Of a stretch of 64,000 nucleotides of DNA, positions 44,876 through 55,505 are shown one piece after another. Below the pieces are notes generated by a model that had not been told where the DNA came from, did no database searches, and was given only the letters and a program-made list of their open reading frames with translations. Origin of the DNA: Bacteroidetes bacterium CG2_30_33_31. GTDB lineage: Bacteria; Bacteroidota; Bacteroidia; Bacteroidales; UBA1556. Position 1 is the stretch's first letter; every line of letters begins with the position of its first letter. The stretch spans positions 38,269 through 102,268 of the forward strand of contig MNXP01000008.1 in assembly GCA_001872625.1 (NCBI GenBank), read 5' to 3'. Made by a program: the position numbers and the translations under genes.

Positions 44876-46426
44876 GTGAATAAGGATTTTATCATTGATG
44901 TTAACTCCCAAAATGTCACTATTGCTCTTTTAGAAGACAAAATGTTGATAGAGTTGCATAAAGAAAAACACGATAGTAAATTCAGTGTAGGTGATATACA
45001 CTTAGGTAAAGTAAAAAAGATTATACCAGGTCTCAATGCAGCATTTGTAGATGTAGGCTATACTAAAGAAGCTTTTTTACATTACTTAGACTTAGGTCCT
45101 CAAGTTCGTTCTTTGAATAAATATGTTAAACTTACTTCTTTTTCCAAGAATAAGCGCATACCTTTTGATAAGTTCAGATGCGAGGAAGACATTGATAAAG
45201 CTGGAAAAATTTCCGATGTTTTATCTGTTAATATGCCCGTATTAGTTCAAATTGCCAAAGAGCCTATAAGTTCTAAGGGTCCAAGAATTACGTCCGAAAT
45301 TTCATTTGCTGGACGCTATATTGTGGTAGTTCCCTTTTCAAACAGAATTACTGTATCCCAGAAAATCAAAGATTTAGAAGAACGTACAAGACTCAAAAGA
45401 CTTGTAAAAAGTATTCGCCCAGAGAATTTCGGAATAATAGTTCGTACCAATGCCGAAAATAAAAAAGTTGCCGATTTGCTTAAAGACTTAAATGATTTGA
45501 TGAGCAAATGGAATGGAATTTTCGACAAGCTACCAGACCTTAATCCACCTTCAGTGGTGTTTCGAGAATTAGACCGCACTTCCACCATTCTCAGAGATTT
45601 GCTTAACGAATCATTTAACAGCTTAGTTGTTAATGACGAGGAAATGTTTGAAGATTTGCGAGCCTACGTTAAATCCATTGATAGTTCAAAAATCGACCTT
45701 GTAAAATTATATAAGGGAAAAACTCCAATTCTTGAAAATTATGGAATTTCGAGGCAAATAAAAAGCTCTTTTGGTAAAAAAGTTAATATGGAATCTGGTG
45801 CATACCTGATAATTGAACATACTGAAGCCATGCACGTTATCGATGTAAATAGCGGCCAAAGACTTAGAAAGGATTCAAATCAAGAAAGTTCAGCCATGGA
45901 AACCAATATGGTGTCGGCTCAAGAAATTGCGCGACAACTAGTACTTAGGGATATGGGGGGAATTATTGTTATCGACTTTATCGATATGATAAATAAAGAA
46001 AATAGAAGACTCCTTTACGAAAAAATGAAGGATGTTATGAAATCTGATAGAGCGAAACATTCAATATTACCACCTTCCAAATTTGGCTTAATACAAATTA
46101 CCAGGCAAAGAGTTCGCCCAGAAATGGAAATAGAAGTTCAAGAACAATGTCCAATGTGCGGTGGCTCTGGAGAATCTAAACCTCCAATTTTGGTAATTGA
46201 CGATATCGAAAATAATATTAGATTTTTGATTTTGGAGCAAAATGAGCTTAGCTTGACATTAAAAGTGCATCCTTTTGTTCATGCTTATTTGACAAAAGGA
46301 TTGTTCAGTTACGTGTGGAAATGGTATAAATCATACAAAAAACGTATCAAAATTTTAGCTGATCCATCATATCATTTTCTCGAATTTCACTTTTTTAATG
46401 CCGACCAAGACGAAATAAAGTTTTAA
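44876..46426 (+). CDS. rng: Ribonuclease G/E family endoribonuclease (GTG start)
   Basis: S1 domain (VGDIHLGKVKKIIPGLNAAFVDVG), catalytic core (IIEHTEAMHVIDVNSG, GIIVIDFIDM), and Zn-link CPMCGGSG. Confidence 0.92.
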   Translation: MNKDFIIDVNSQNVTIALLEDKMLIELHKEKHDSKFSVGDIHLGKVKKIIPGLNAAFVDVGYTKEAFLHYLDLGPQVRSLNKYVKLTSFSKNKRIPFDKFRCEEDIDKAGKISDVLSVNMPVLVQIAKEPISSKGPRITSEISFAGRYIVVVPFSNRITVSQKIKDLEERTRLKRLVKSIRPENFGIIVRTNAENKKVADLLKDLNDLMSKWNGIFDKLPDLNPPSVVFRELDRTSTILRDLLNESFNSLVVNDEEMFEDLRAYVKSIDSSKIDLVKLYKGKTPILENYGISRQIKSSFGKKVNMESGAYLIIEHTEAMHVIDVNSGQRLRKDSNQESSAMETNMVSAQEIARQLVLRDMGGIIVIDFIDMINKENRRLLYEKMKDVMKSDRAKHSILPPSKFGLIQITRQRVRPEMEIEVQEQCPMCGGSGESKPPILVIDDIENNIRFLILEQNELSLTLKVHPFVHAYLTKGLFSYVWKWYKSYKKRIKILADPSYHFLEFHFFNADQDEIKF

Positions 46427-46454
46427 TATATCACCACAACAAAATTTATTATCT

Positions 46455-46491
46455 AAAAAACGAAGTTGAAAAATTCAACTTCGTTTTTTTT
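46455..46491 (+). terminator. Rho-independent terminator after rng
   Basis: AAAAAACGAAGTTGAA-AAA-TTCAACTTCGTTTTTTTT: a perfect stem flanked by A and T runs. Confidence 0.78.
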
Positions 46492-46514
46492 GTTGGCAAC
46501 TGAAAACTCTTTTG

Positions 46515-46522
46515 TAGTTTTG
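46515..46522 (+). promoter_or_regulatory. -7 box TAnnTTTG
   Basis: TAGTTTTG ends 5 nt before the recX ATG at 46527 (near-leaderless). Confidence 0.4.
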
Positions 46523-46526
46523 TACC

Positions 46527-47009
46527 ATGGGAGTTGAATTTTCATTTTCAGAAAAAGAGGCATTAAATAAACTTGCAAAATACTGCGCCTATCAAGACAG
46601 AAGTAGTGGCGAAGTCATGCAAAAATTGAATTCTTTTAAAATTTATGGCGAAAATGCTAATAAAATAATTGAGTTTTTAAAAGTCGAAAAATTTTTGGAT
46701 GATAAGCGTTTTGTCAATATTTATATTAAAAGCAAAATAAGATTCAAACATTGGGGCAGAAACAAAATATTTAAGGGATTAAAATCTAAATTTGCTGAAA
46801 ACGAAATAATTAATGAAGCACTTAGCAATCTGGATTTAGATGAATATAATATGGCTTTAAAGGAAGTTATAGAGAAAAAAACTAAGGAATTGGGAGGCGA
46901 ATTAAACTTTGAAAATAATAATAAAATTATTAGATACGCTCAGTCAAAAGGATTTACAATAAGTGAAATATTAAAATATTTAAACAATAAAGATGATGAC
47001 ACAAGATAA
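46527..47009 (+). CDS. recX: RecX-family regulatory protein
   Basis: 160 aa of helical repeats. ALNKLAKYCAYQDRSSGEVMQKL...DDKRFVNIYIKSKIRFKHWGRNKI is typical of RecX. Confidence 0.83.
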   Translation: MGVEFSFSEKEALNKLAKYCAYQDRSSGEVMQKLNSFKIYGENANKIIEFLKVEKFLDDKRFVNIYIKSKIRFKHWGRNKIFKGLKSKFAENEIINEALSNLDLDEYNMALKEVIEKKTKELGGELNFENNNKIIRYAQSKGFTISEILKYLNNKDDDTR

Positions 47010-48091
47010 ATTGAAAGATGTTGTTGAAAGGCTTGAAGCTTTGAGGGGGTATCTTTGAAGTTGATAAGAAAAAAATTGAAATAGAAGAAGAGGAAATTAA
47101 AACTCAGGAGCCGGATTTTTGGAACGATACAAAAATGGCCGAAGGAGTTCTAAGACATATAAAAAATGAAAAATTATGGGTGGATAAATACGAGAATATA
47201 AAATCTAAACTCGAAGATTTAGAAGTTCTCTATGAATTTGCTCATGAAGGTGAAGCTACTGAGGAAGAGGTTGATGAGTCATATTATAAGGTCTTAAAGC
47301 AACTTGACGACATGGAATTTCTTAGAATGCTTGGTCATGAGGAAGATAGACTCGGAGCTTTGATGCAAATAAATCCTGGAGCTGGAGGTACAGAAAGTCA
47401 GGATTGGGCAGAAATGATAATGAGAATGTACATCAGATATGGCGAATTAAATAATTTTAAAATAAATGTTGTAGATAAATTAGATGGGGAAGGAGCAGGC
47501 ATTAAGTCGGTTACTTTAGAATTTGAAGGTGATTTTGCTTTTGGATTTCTTAAATCCGAAAATGGTGTTCATCGGCTTGTACGCCTTAGCCCATTTGATT
47601 CTGCCAACCGGCGTCATACTTCATTCGCTTCCGTTTACGTATATCCAATTGTTGATGATAGCATCGAAATTGATGTAAATCCTGCCGATATTCGATGGGA
47701 CACCTTCCGTTCCAGTGGTCCTGGTGGTCAGCATGTTAATAAAACAGAATCAGCAGTGCGACTTCATCACGAGCCTTCGGGAATTGTAGTCGAATGTCAG
47801 GAAGATAGATCTCAGCTAAAAAATAGAGTAACAGCAATTAAAATGTTGAAATCGCGTCTCTATGAACTTGAATTAAGAAAGAAACAGGAAGCTCGTCAAG
47901 AAATTGAAAAATCAAAATTGAAAATTGAATGGGGTTCACAAATTAGATCCTATGTAATGCACCCCTACAAAATGGTGAAAGACCATCGAACAAATTATGA
48001 AACCTCAAATGTTCAGTCTGTAATGGACGGAAACTTAGATGAGTTTATTAAAGCATATCTTTTAGCGGCCAGCGAGAATATCAATAATTAG
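46993..48091 (+). CDS. prfB: Peptide chain release factor 2, expressed through a programmed +1 frameshift: join(46993..47055, 47057..48091)
   Basis: Frame 0 reads MMTQDKLKDVVERLEALRGYL then TGA at 47056. The +1 frame continues EVDKKKIEIEEEEIKTQEPDFWNDTKMAEGVL... into track ORF 47135..48091, which carries SPF (LSPFDSANRRHTSFA) and GGQ (SSGPGGQHVNKTESAVR). Confidence 0.93.
47044..47058 (+). promoter_or_regulatory. prfB +1 frameshift cassette (SD-like AGGGGG, spacer TAT, slippery CTT, stop TGA)
   Basis: AGGGGGTATCTTTGA is, as far as I recall, the same 15-nt string as the E. coli prfB recoding site. Confidence 0.88.
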
Positions 48092-48181
48092 GTGAGTCAT
48101 TTATCTTCGCTGCTAAAATCCGCAAACTTATCATTGGAGTTAAAATATTATTAAATAATATCCATAGCTCTTAACAATTGG

Positions 48182-48189
48182 TATCTTTG
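48182..48189 (+). promoter_or_regulatory. -7 box TAnnTTTG
   Basis: TATCTTTG lies 38 nt upstream of the ATG at 48227. Confidence 0.45.
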
Positions 48190-48226
48190 CAACACTATCT
48201 GAAGTTTTTATAATTTTATCAATATT

Positions 48227-49492
48227 ATGGCTGAGTTTTTCTATTCATTATATTTTCTTACTTCCGAAATGGCTCCTTTTCTGCTCTTAGGATTCTTAAT
48301 AGCTGGAGTTTTGAGAGTATTCGTACCTCAAGCATTTTTGAATAAAAAGTTAGGAGGAAATAATTTTAAGTCAGTTTTGTACGGTGCATTGCTCGGAGTT
48401 CCATTGCCACTATGCTCTTGTGGAGTTATTCCTACTGGCATTTCCCTGCGAAATAATGGGGCATCAGATGGAGCAACAATTTCATTCCTTATTTCCACGC
48501 CTCAAACAGGTGTCGATTCGATTTTTATTACATGGAGTATGTTAGGATTGCCTTTTGCTTTACTGCGACCTTTTATTGCATTTATCACAGGGATTTTTGG
48601 TGGTGCTATGGTAAATTTCTTTAATAAAAAAAATAACGATGAAAAAATCAAAGTAGCCAAATTAAATTTGAACCAACAAGATAAAAACCAGAATTTTATT
48701 GAAAAAATTCGAGAAATGCTTCGTTATTCATTTGTAACATTTCTCGATGATATTGTAAAATGGTTAGTTATTGGACTATTTTTAGCTGCCCTTCTCAATG
48801 TAATGATTCCCGAATCATTCATATCAAAATATATTGGAAATCAATGGATTGAAATGACAATTGCATTGGCTGTTTCTGTTCCACTTTATATTTGCGCCAC
48901 GGGCTCAGTTCCACTTGCTGCTGTGCTTATGCTTAAAGGTTTATCGCCAGGTGCTGCACTCGTTCTTCTAATGGCTGGCCCAGCAACAAATGTTGCAACA
49001 ATTACTGTGGTAGGGAAAACTTTAGGAACAAAAAATTTGATGATTTATCTCTCTGCAATAATTATTGGCGCCTTCTTTTTTGGATTTATTACAAATGCAA
49101 TATTGCCAACAAATTATATTCATACTCTCGGCAAAATTAACATAGATCATGTTCATGGTGGCGGAATTTTTGAATGGATCAAAATCATCTCTGCAATTGT
49201 TTTAACAATTTTATTATTGGCAGGTTTATATCGAAAATATTTTATAAATCATAATATATCTAAATCTATGGAAAAAATAAAAGGTGAACATACTGTTATT
49301 GTTGATGGAATGACATGCCACCATTGCGAAGGAAGCGTGGAAAAAAACTTGCTTGCTGTGGAAAATGTAATAGAAGTTAAGGCTGACCTTAATTCATGCA
49401 AAGTGATAATTAAAGGTGAAAATGTAGATTTCAAAAAGATTAAAGAAGTAATTGATTCAATAGGATATAAGTTTGTAAAAGTGGAAGAATAG
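48227..49492 (+). CDS. Permease (DUF318 / SO_0444-like metal efflux family) fused to a C-terminal heavy-metal-associated domain
   Basis: Polytopic membrane protein with paired Cys motifs (PLPLCSCGVIP, LYICATGSVPLA). The last ~70 aa are an HMA domain with GMTCHHCEGSVEKNL. Confidence 0.83.
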   Translation: MAEFFYSLYFLTSEMAPFLLLGFLIAGVLRVFVPQAFLNKKLGGNNFKSVLYGALLGVPLPLCSCGVIPTGISLRNNGASDGATISFLISTPQTGVDSIFITWSMLGLPFALLRPFIAFITGIFGGAMVNFFNKKNNDEKIKVAKLNLNQQDKNQNFIEKIREMLRYSFVTFLDDIVKWLVIGLFLAALLNVMIPESFISKYIGNQWIEMTIALAVSVPLYICATGSVPLAAVLMLKGLSPGAALVLLMAGPATNVATITVVGKTLGTKNLMIYLSAIIIGAFFFGFITNAILPTNYIHTLGKINIDHVHGGGIFEWIKIISAIVLTILLLAGLYRKYFINHNISKSMEKIKGEHTVIVDGMTCHHCEGSVEKNLLAVENVIEVKADLNSCKVIIKGENVDFKKIKEVIDSIGYKFVKVEE

Positions 49493-49625
49493 ATTTCTTC
49501 TTCATTAAATCTACTCTTTAATTTTTTCATAATTTTTAATTTCCTTAGCTGATAATTAGATTCTTAGTGTTGAAACAAATATTAATTTATTTCGTTTTAC
49601 ATATAATTTTATTTTAATTTTTATT

Positions 49626-50504
49626 ATGGTTGTAGGGCTATTTGGCATCGAGTTTTTTAATAATTATGTTGAATATTATCGTCAAATAATTAACTGCCTT
49701 GAAAAAGAAAAAGTTGGAATTGCAATTTATGAACCTCTTTATTCATTAATCAATGGGAATGTTACATTTAATACTGATGTTAAAACCTTTAGCGACTATA
49801 AAGACATTAAAGAAAAAGTTGATGTGTTATTTAGTATTGGTGGAGATGGAACTATTTTAAAATCAGTTACTTTAGTTCGAGATTCAAATATTCCAATTCT
49901 TGGGATTAATTTAGGCAATCTGGGATTCCTTTCCTCTATAAGCAAAGATGAAATCGAAAAATCAATATCAGCAGTAGTAAAAAATGATTACATACTCGAC
50001 AAGAGAACTCTTATTCAATTAAGCACAAACCAAAAACTTTTTGGCAATCTTAATTTTGCATTAAATGAGTTTACCGTTCACAAGAAGGATAATCTTTCCA
50101 TGGTTACTATTCATGTTTATGTCGATAATCAATTTTTAAATTCTTATTGGGCAGATGGATTGATAGTTTCAACGCCAACAGGATCAACAGGTTATAGTTT
50201 AAGTTGCTCTGGCCCAATTATAGTTCCCGATTCAAATAGTTTTATTATAAACCCAATTTCCACACATAATCTTACCGTTCGGCCAATAGTATTATCAGAT
50301 AATAGTATCATAAAAATAAAGTTGAATGGCAGAAATGATGAATTTTTATGTGGCTTGGACTCTCGGTTTGAAGTTTTTGATTCTTCAACAGAGCTAATTT
50401 TATCGAAATCACATTTTAAGATAAATCTTATTCAAATAGCATCTCACAACTTTTTTAATACAATTCGAGAGAAATTGAATTGGGGCTTAGATAAAAGAAA
50501 CTGA
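49626..50504 (+). CDS. nadK: NAD+ kinase
   Basis: GGDGTILK, NLGNLGFL, and DGLIVSTPTGSTGYSLSCSGPI motifs. Confidence 0.92.
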   Translation: MVVGLFGIEFFNNYVEYYRQIINCLEKEKVGIAIYEPLYSLINGNVTFNTDVKTFSDYKDIKEKVDVLFSIGGDGTILKSVTLVRDSNIPILGINLGNLGFLSSISKDEIEKSISAVVKNDYILDKRTLIQLSTNQKLFGNLNFALNEFTVHKKDNLSMVTIHVYVDNQFLNSYWADGLIVSTPTGSTGYSLSCSGPIIVPDSNSFIINPISTHNLTVRPIVLSDNSIIKIKLNGRNDEFLCGLDSRFEVFDSSTELILSKSHFKINLIQIASHNFFNTIREKLNWGLDKRN

Positions 50505-50546
50505 TTATCAGGATTATAAAATTATTATGACTTAACAAAATATTAT

Positions 50547-50554
50547 TAAATTTG
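50547..50554 (+). promoter_or_regulatory. -7 box TAnnTTTG
   Basis: TAAATTTG lies 30 nt upstream of the ATG at 50584. Confidence 0.4.
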
Positions 50555-50583
50555 CAAAAGGGAAAATATTCAACAAAATAACT

Positions 50584-51531
50584 ATGAAGAAAATATTTGC
50601 ATTATCGTTTCTTATTGTAGTCGTTAGCTTTCCAATGAAATCAGACGCCCAGAGACATGAATTTGGATTTTTTTTAGGAGCCGATTATTATCTCGGAGAT
50701 TTAGTATCAAGTCAGTTTGCTGGCAAACTTGGTCCCAATTTCGGATTGATGTATAGATACGATATCAATAGCAGATTTGCCACCCGAATTGCTGGTCATT
50801 ATGGCAATGTTTATGGCGATAGTAAAGATAATAAGCAAAGCTTACGGTATAAAAATTTGTCTTTTCAAACAAACATATTGGATATAGAAGCTGGATTAGA
50901 AATCAATTTTTTGGAGTTTTCTCCAGGGAGTTCAAACCATAATTTTTCACCTTTTGTTTTTGGTGGGCTTGCTGTTTTCAAATTTAATCCTAAAGCCGAA
51001 TTTAAAGGTAAATTGTATGAGCTTCAGCCACTTGGCACCGAAGGTCAAGGCACAACAGCTTATCCAGATAGAAAACCATATAAACTTATGTCAATGTCAA
51101 TTCCAGCAGGATTTGGCGTTAAATGGGCAGTGTCTAAAAAAGTGAATGTTTCTTTGGAATGGGGCATACGAAAAACGTTTACCGACTACCTCGATGATGT
51201 TAGTAGTACATATCCAGATGTAGCCCTTTTGTCTGCCGAAAAAAGTCCTGTTGCAGCAATGCTTAGCGTTAGAATGTACGAAAACTGGGCTGCCGATCAA
51301 GGATTAAATATTAGCCTTGGCGCTAATGGGCAGCCAGCAAGTATGCCCGATTATTTGGCATATCTCGAAGAACTGAAATCTGCTTCTGGAAGTCAAAGAG
51401 GTAATTCTCAGGACAAAGATTGGTATGTAATATTGGGGGCTACAGTTACATTCAAAATTGTTGGTCCAAAATCGGAGACATGCCCTGCGTATAAAAAGCA
51501 TTTTAATTACAAAGAATATCTAACATTCTAA
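50584..51531 (+). CDS. Outer-membrane beta-barrel protein (DUF6089-like)
   Basis: Signal peptide, alternating beta-strand pattern, and the conserved position between nadK and uppS in Bacteroidota. Confidence 0.68.
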   Translation: MKKIFALSFLIVVVSFPMKSDAQRHEFGFFLGADYYLGDLVSSQFAGKLGPNFGLMYRYDINSRFATRIAGHYGNVYGDSKDNKQSLRYKNLSFQTNILDIEAGLEINFLEFSPGSSNHNFSPFVFGGLAVFKFNPKAEFKGKLYELQPLGTEGQGTTAYPDRKPYKLMSMSIPAGFGVKWAVSKKVNVSLEWGIRKTFTDYLDDVSSTYPDVALLSAEKSPVAAMLSVRMYENWAADQGLNISLGANGQPASMPDYLAYLEELKSASGSQRGNSQDKDWYVILGATVTFKIVGPKSETCPAYKKHFNYKEYLTF

Positions 51532-51560
51532 TTTTAAGTATATTAGATTTTAAATCAATA

Positions 51561-52304
51561 ATGAGTCTTAAAAGTAAAATCGACCTTCTTCATCTGCCAA
51601 AACACATAGCAATAATTATGGATGGTAATGGTAGATGGGCAAAATCACAAGGAAAAGACAGAATATTTGGACATCATGAAGGCGTTGAATCTGTGAGAGT
51701 TATCACAGAAACCGCAGCTAATTTAGGTGTTAAATATTTGACTTTGTACGCATTTTCAAAAGAAAATTGGAATCGTCCTAAAGCAGAAGTTGAAGCTCTT
51801 ATGGATCTTCTGGTTTTATCTTTAGAAAATGAATTAGAGACTTTTCAGAAAAATAGCATTAGACTTTTGGCAATTGGAGATATTGATAGTTTGCCACCAA
51901 AAACTAAAGCCACACTTTTAAGAGTTCTTGAATCCACAAGTAACAATTCGCGTATGTCGTTGGTCTTAGCACTTAGCTATTCAGCACGCTGGGAAATAAC
52001 AGATGCGGCCAAACGCTTATCCGCTGATTTTCAAGAAGGTAAAATTAAAGTTATTGATGAAAATATTTTTGCAAAATATCTTACTACAAACAATATTCCA
52101 GACCCTGAGTTGTTAATAAGAACAAGTGGAGAATATCGACTTAGTAATTTCTTATTGTGGCAATTGGCATATTCAGAAATGTACTTTACAAATAAATATT
52201 GGCCTGAATTTAGAGCAGAAGAATTTTATGAAGCTATTGTCGATTTTCAAGGAAGAGAAAGAAGGTTTGGAAAAACAAGTGAACAAATAAAGGAAATTAA
52301 TTAA
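51561..52304 (+). CDS. uppS: Undecaprenyl diphosphate synthase (isoprenyl transferase)
   Basis: [48 protein letters not shown]. Confidence 0.95.
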   Translation: MSLKSKIDLLHLPKHIAIIMDGNGRWAKSQGKDRIFGHHEGVESVRVITETAANLGVKYLTLYAFSKENWNRPKAEVEALMDLLVLSLENELETFQKNSIRLLAIGDIDSLPPKTKATLLRVLESTSNNSRMSLVLALSYSARWEITDAAKRLSADFQEGKIKVIDENIFAKYLTTNNIPDPELLIRTSGEYRLSNFLLWQLAYSEMYFTNKYWPEFRAEEFYEAIVDFQGRERRFGKTSEQIKEIN

Positions 52305-54808
52305 TGAGTAAGAAAATCATTCTATCGTTTATATTATTTTTAGGAATATGGTTTGGTGCTATTGGACAAGATACCCAGACAGAAATAATAGACTATTCAA
52401 AACCAGCTGAATATATTATCGGGGGAATCACTGTTACAGGAGTACAATATCTTGATAACAAAATTATAATAATGTTATCAGGTCTAAATGTTGACGAGAA
52501 AATAAAAATACCTGGCGACAACATTAGCGACGCTATTAAGAAACTCTGGAAACAAGAAATGTTTGAATCAATCGAAATTAGTTATTCTAAAATTGAAGGC
52601 GACAGAATATTTCTTGATGTAAAACTTAAAGAGCAACCAAAATTAGCTAAATTTTCTTTCAAAGGTGTTAGAAAATCTGAAGACGATGATTTGAGAGAAA
52701 AAATGGGCCTTACCGCTGGAGATGCAATAAATAATAACGTGTTAATTAGAACAAAAAACCGTGTTAATGCATATTTTATCGACAAAGGTTTTTTAAATGT
52801 GAATACAACAATTAACCAAAAACACGACACTGCCAGTTCAAATCAAGTAATTCTATACATAAACATTGAAAAAGGTAGTAAAGTCAAAATTTCGGAAATT
52901 ATTTTGGCTGGAAATAGTAGCTTAACCGATGCTAAGTTGAAATCAAAACTTAAAGAAACTAAAGAGAAGAAATTTTATCGCTTGTGGAAAGCTTCAAAAT
53001 TCATTCAAAAAGATTTCGATGCCGACAAGGAATTGCTGGTAAAATATTACAATTCTGAAGGTTATCGTGATGCAAGAATAGTATCAGACAGTGTGCAAAA
53101 TGTAAATGATAAATTAATCAAAATAAATATTAATGTTTTCGAGGGACAACGCTATTATTTTGGTGAAATAAATTGGGTCGGTAATACAAAATATTCCAAT
53201 TCTATTTTAAGCAGTGTACTGGGAATTACTAAAGGCGATGTTTATAATCAAGAAATGCTTGAAACTCGTTTGTTTATGGATCTCGAAAAAGGAGATGTTC
53301 AATCACTTTATATGAATATGGGCTATTTGTTTTCTTCTGTTACTCCCATCGAATCTAAAATTCATGGTGACACTATAGATTTAGAAATTAGAATCTATGA
53401 AGGCAAACAAGCCCGAGTGAAACATGTTACTGTTAAAGGGAATACAAAAACACACGATAATGTAATTTTAAGAGAAATAAGAACAAAGCCTGGACAGCTT
53501 TTTAACAGAGCCGAAATCATAAGAACTCAAAGAGAACTTGCACAGTTAAAATATTTCGATCCAGAGAAATTAGGAGTAAATCCAAAGCCTAACCCAATGG
53601 ACGGAACAGTTGATATTGAATACACTGTTGAGGAAACATCCTCTGACCAGATTGAGATGTCGGTAGGTTGGGGACTTAACAGAATTATAGGAACAGTTGG
53701 AGTTTCCTTTAATAATTTTTCTACCAAAAATCTTTTTAACAAAAGCTCATGGGATCCAATTCCTTCAGGAGATGGACAAAAAATGAGTCTTAGAATGCAA
53801 TCAAACGGTGCATATTTTCAATCTTATTCAGCTTCTTTTACTGAACCATGGCTTGGCGGTAAAAAACCAAATGCTTTAACAGTTTCAGCCTATAGATCAG
53901 TGCAAACTAATGGTTTATTGCAAGGCGATGCTAATAGATCGGCGATTACAATTTCAGGAATCTCGGTTGGTTTAGGAAAAAGATTGCAATGGCCAGATGA
54001 CTATTTTACACTTTATCAGTCTGTAGGGGTACAAAATTATAATCTACAACAATATGGAGGAATATTCACCTTCTCCAATGGCAATTCTAATAACTTTTCT
54101 TACACAGTTTCTTTGAGCCGAAATTCTATTGATAGGCCTATATATCCAACATCAGGCTCTGAAATTGAAGCATCGTTGCAGCTTACCCCACCCTATTCAT
54201 TATTCAATAATAAAGATTATTCCAAAGCCACAGATCAGGAAAAATTTCTTTGGCTCGAATATTATAAATGGAAACTTAACTTCTCCTTCTACACTGGGCT
54301 TGGTAAATCTAAAGTGGCATCAGATTTGGTATTGCACGCCAGAGCTAAATTTGGGTTCCTTGGAAGTTATAATAGTGTTATCGGCGATTCACCCTTTGAA
54401 AGATTCTATCTCGGAGGAGATGGTCTATCAGGGTTTTCACTCGATGGTCGCGAACTGGTAGGTATGAGAGGATATCAAAATAATTCCCTTACCCCAAGTA
54501 ATTCTGAGGGTTACATTGGTGGAACGGTATTTTCTAAATATACTCTCGAGCTTAGATACCCACTGACAAAAAATCCTATGGCAACAGTTTTCTTCCTCGG
54601 TTTTCTTGAGGCTGGAAACGATTGGAGTTCTATTCGCAACTTTAATCCTTTTGATGTGCATAGGTCTGCTGGTATTGGAGCAAGAATATATCTACCAATG
54701 TTTGGGCTTTTAGGTCTTGATTGGGGTTATGGTTTCGACCCAATTGATGGTTCGCCAGGTAATGATGGAAGCATCTTCCATTTCTCAATAAATGGCTCAA
54801 TAGATTAG
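52304..54808 (+). CDS. bamA: Outer membrane protein assembly factor BamA
   Basis: Five POTRA-like repeats followed by an Omp85 barrel (RFYLGGDGLSGFSLDGRELVGMRGY..., GLDWGYGF). ATGA overlap with the uppS stop. Confidence 0.93.
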   Translation: MSKKIILSFILFLGIWFGAIGQDTQTEIIDYSKPAEYIIGGITVTGVQYLDNKIIIMLSGLNVDEKIKIPGDNISDAIKKLWKQEMFESIEISYSKIEGDRIFLDVKLKEQPKLAKFSFKGVRKSEDDDLREKMGLTAGDAINNNVLIRTKNRVNAYFIDKGFLNVNTTINQKHDTASSNQVILYINIEKGSKVKISEIILAGNSSLTDAKLKSKLKETKEKKFYRLWKASKFIQKDFDADKELLVKYYNSEGYRDARIVSDSVQNVNDKLIKININVFEGQRYYFGEINWVGNTKYSNSILSSVLGITKGDVYNQEMLETRLFMDLEKGDVQSLYMNMGYLFSSVTPIESKIHGDTIDLEIRIYEGKQARVKHVTVKGNTKTHDNVILREIRTKPGQLFNRAEIIRTQRELAQLKYFDPEKLGVNPKPNPMDGTVDIEYTVEETSSDQIEMSVGWGLNRIIGTVGVSFNNFSTKNLFNKSSWDPIPSGDGQKMSLRMQSNGAYFQSYSASFTEPWLGGKKPNALTVSAYRSVQTNGLLQGDANRSAITISGISVGLGKRLQWPDDYFTLYQSVGVQNYNLQQYGGIFTFSNGNSNNFSYTVSLSRNSIDRPIYPTSGSEIEASLQLTPPYSLFNNKDYSKATDQEKFLWLEYYKWKLNFSFYTGLGKSKVASDLVLHARAKFGFLGSYNSVIGDSPFERFYLGGDGLSGFSLDGRELVGMRGYQNNSLTPSNSEGYIGGTVFSKYTLELRYPLTKNPMATVFFLGFLEAGNDWSSIRNFNPFDVHRSAGIGARIYLPMFGLLGLDWGYGFDPIDGSPGNDGSIFHFSINGSID

Positions 54809-54829
54809 TAAAAATTTAAATTTAAACCA

Positions 54830-55420
54830 ATGAAAAAACTTATTTTTATCGCGCTTATGATGATAAGCGCTTCAGCTGCAAGTTATGCACAGAAATTTGC
54901 TTTTGTCGATTCACAATATATTTTAGATAATATTACTGAATATCAAATGGCTCAAAATCAACTTGATGAACTTGCAAAAACATGGCAAAAAGAAATAGAT
55001 GCTAAAATTGCCGACATCGATAAACTCTACAAAGCTTATCAAGCCGATGCAGTTTTATTGCCCGAAGATTTGAAAAGAAAAAGAGAAGATGGAATTCTTA
55101 ACAAAGAAAAAGAAGTAAAACAATTACAACAAAAACGCTTCAGCACTGACGGAGATTTGTATAAAAAAAGAGCTGAATTAGTAAAACCAATACAAGACAA
55201 AGTTTATAATGCAATTGAAGAATTGGCCAAAGAAAAGGGATACTCCGTTATGTTTGATAGATCGGGCTCAGGTACAATACTCTACGCTGATGCCAAATTT
55301 GATAAAAGCGATGAAATTTTACAAAAACTTGGATATACACCTGCGAATAAAACAACAACAAATAGCTCTTCGAAACAACAAGAATCCACAGAAGATGAGG
55401 ATAATGGAGTGAGAAAATAA
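54830..55420 (+). CDS. OmpH/Skp-family periplasmic chaperone
   Basis: Signal peptide, KFAFVDSQYIL, long coiled coil, position downstream of bamA. Confidence 0.87.
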   Translation: MKKLIFIALMMISASAASYAQKFAFVDSQYILDNITEYQMAQNQLDELAKTWQKEIDAKIADIDKLYKAYQADAVLLPEDLKRKREDGILNKEKEVKQLQQKRFSTDGDLYKKRAELVKPIQDKVYNAIEELAKEKGYSVMFDRSGSGTILYADAKFDKSDEILQKLGYTPANKTTTNSSSKQQESTEDEDNGVRK

Positions 55421-55448
55421 ATTAAAGCCGAGCTTAAAATAATTTATT

Positions 55449-55456
55449 TAAATTTG
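55449..55456 (+). promoter_or_regulatory. -7 box TAnnTTTG
   Basis: TAAATTTG lies 50 nt upstream of the ATG at 55506. Confidence 0.4.
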
Positions 55457-55505
55457 CAGATGTTTTTGACGAAAAGCAATTATTTTTAAACACAAATATT
55501 TTTTA

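Noticed and set aside
44698-45036. 112-aa minus-strand ORF spanning the bS22-like ORF and the rng start
   Set aside because: It overlaps two better-supported plus-strand genes, and its translation is low-complexity with no recognisable motif or promoter.
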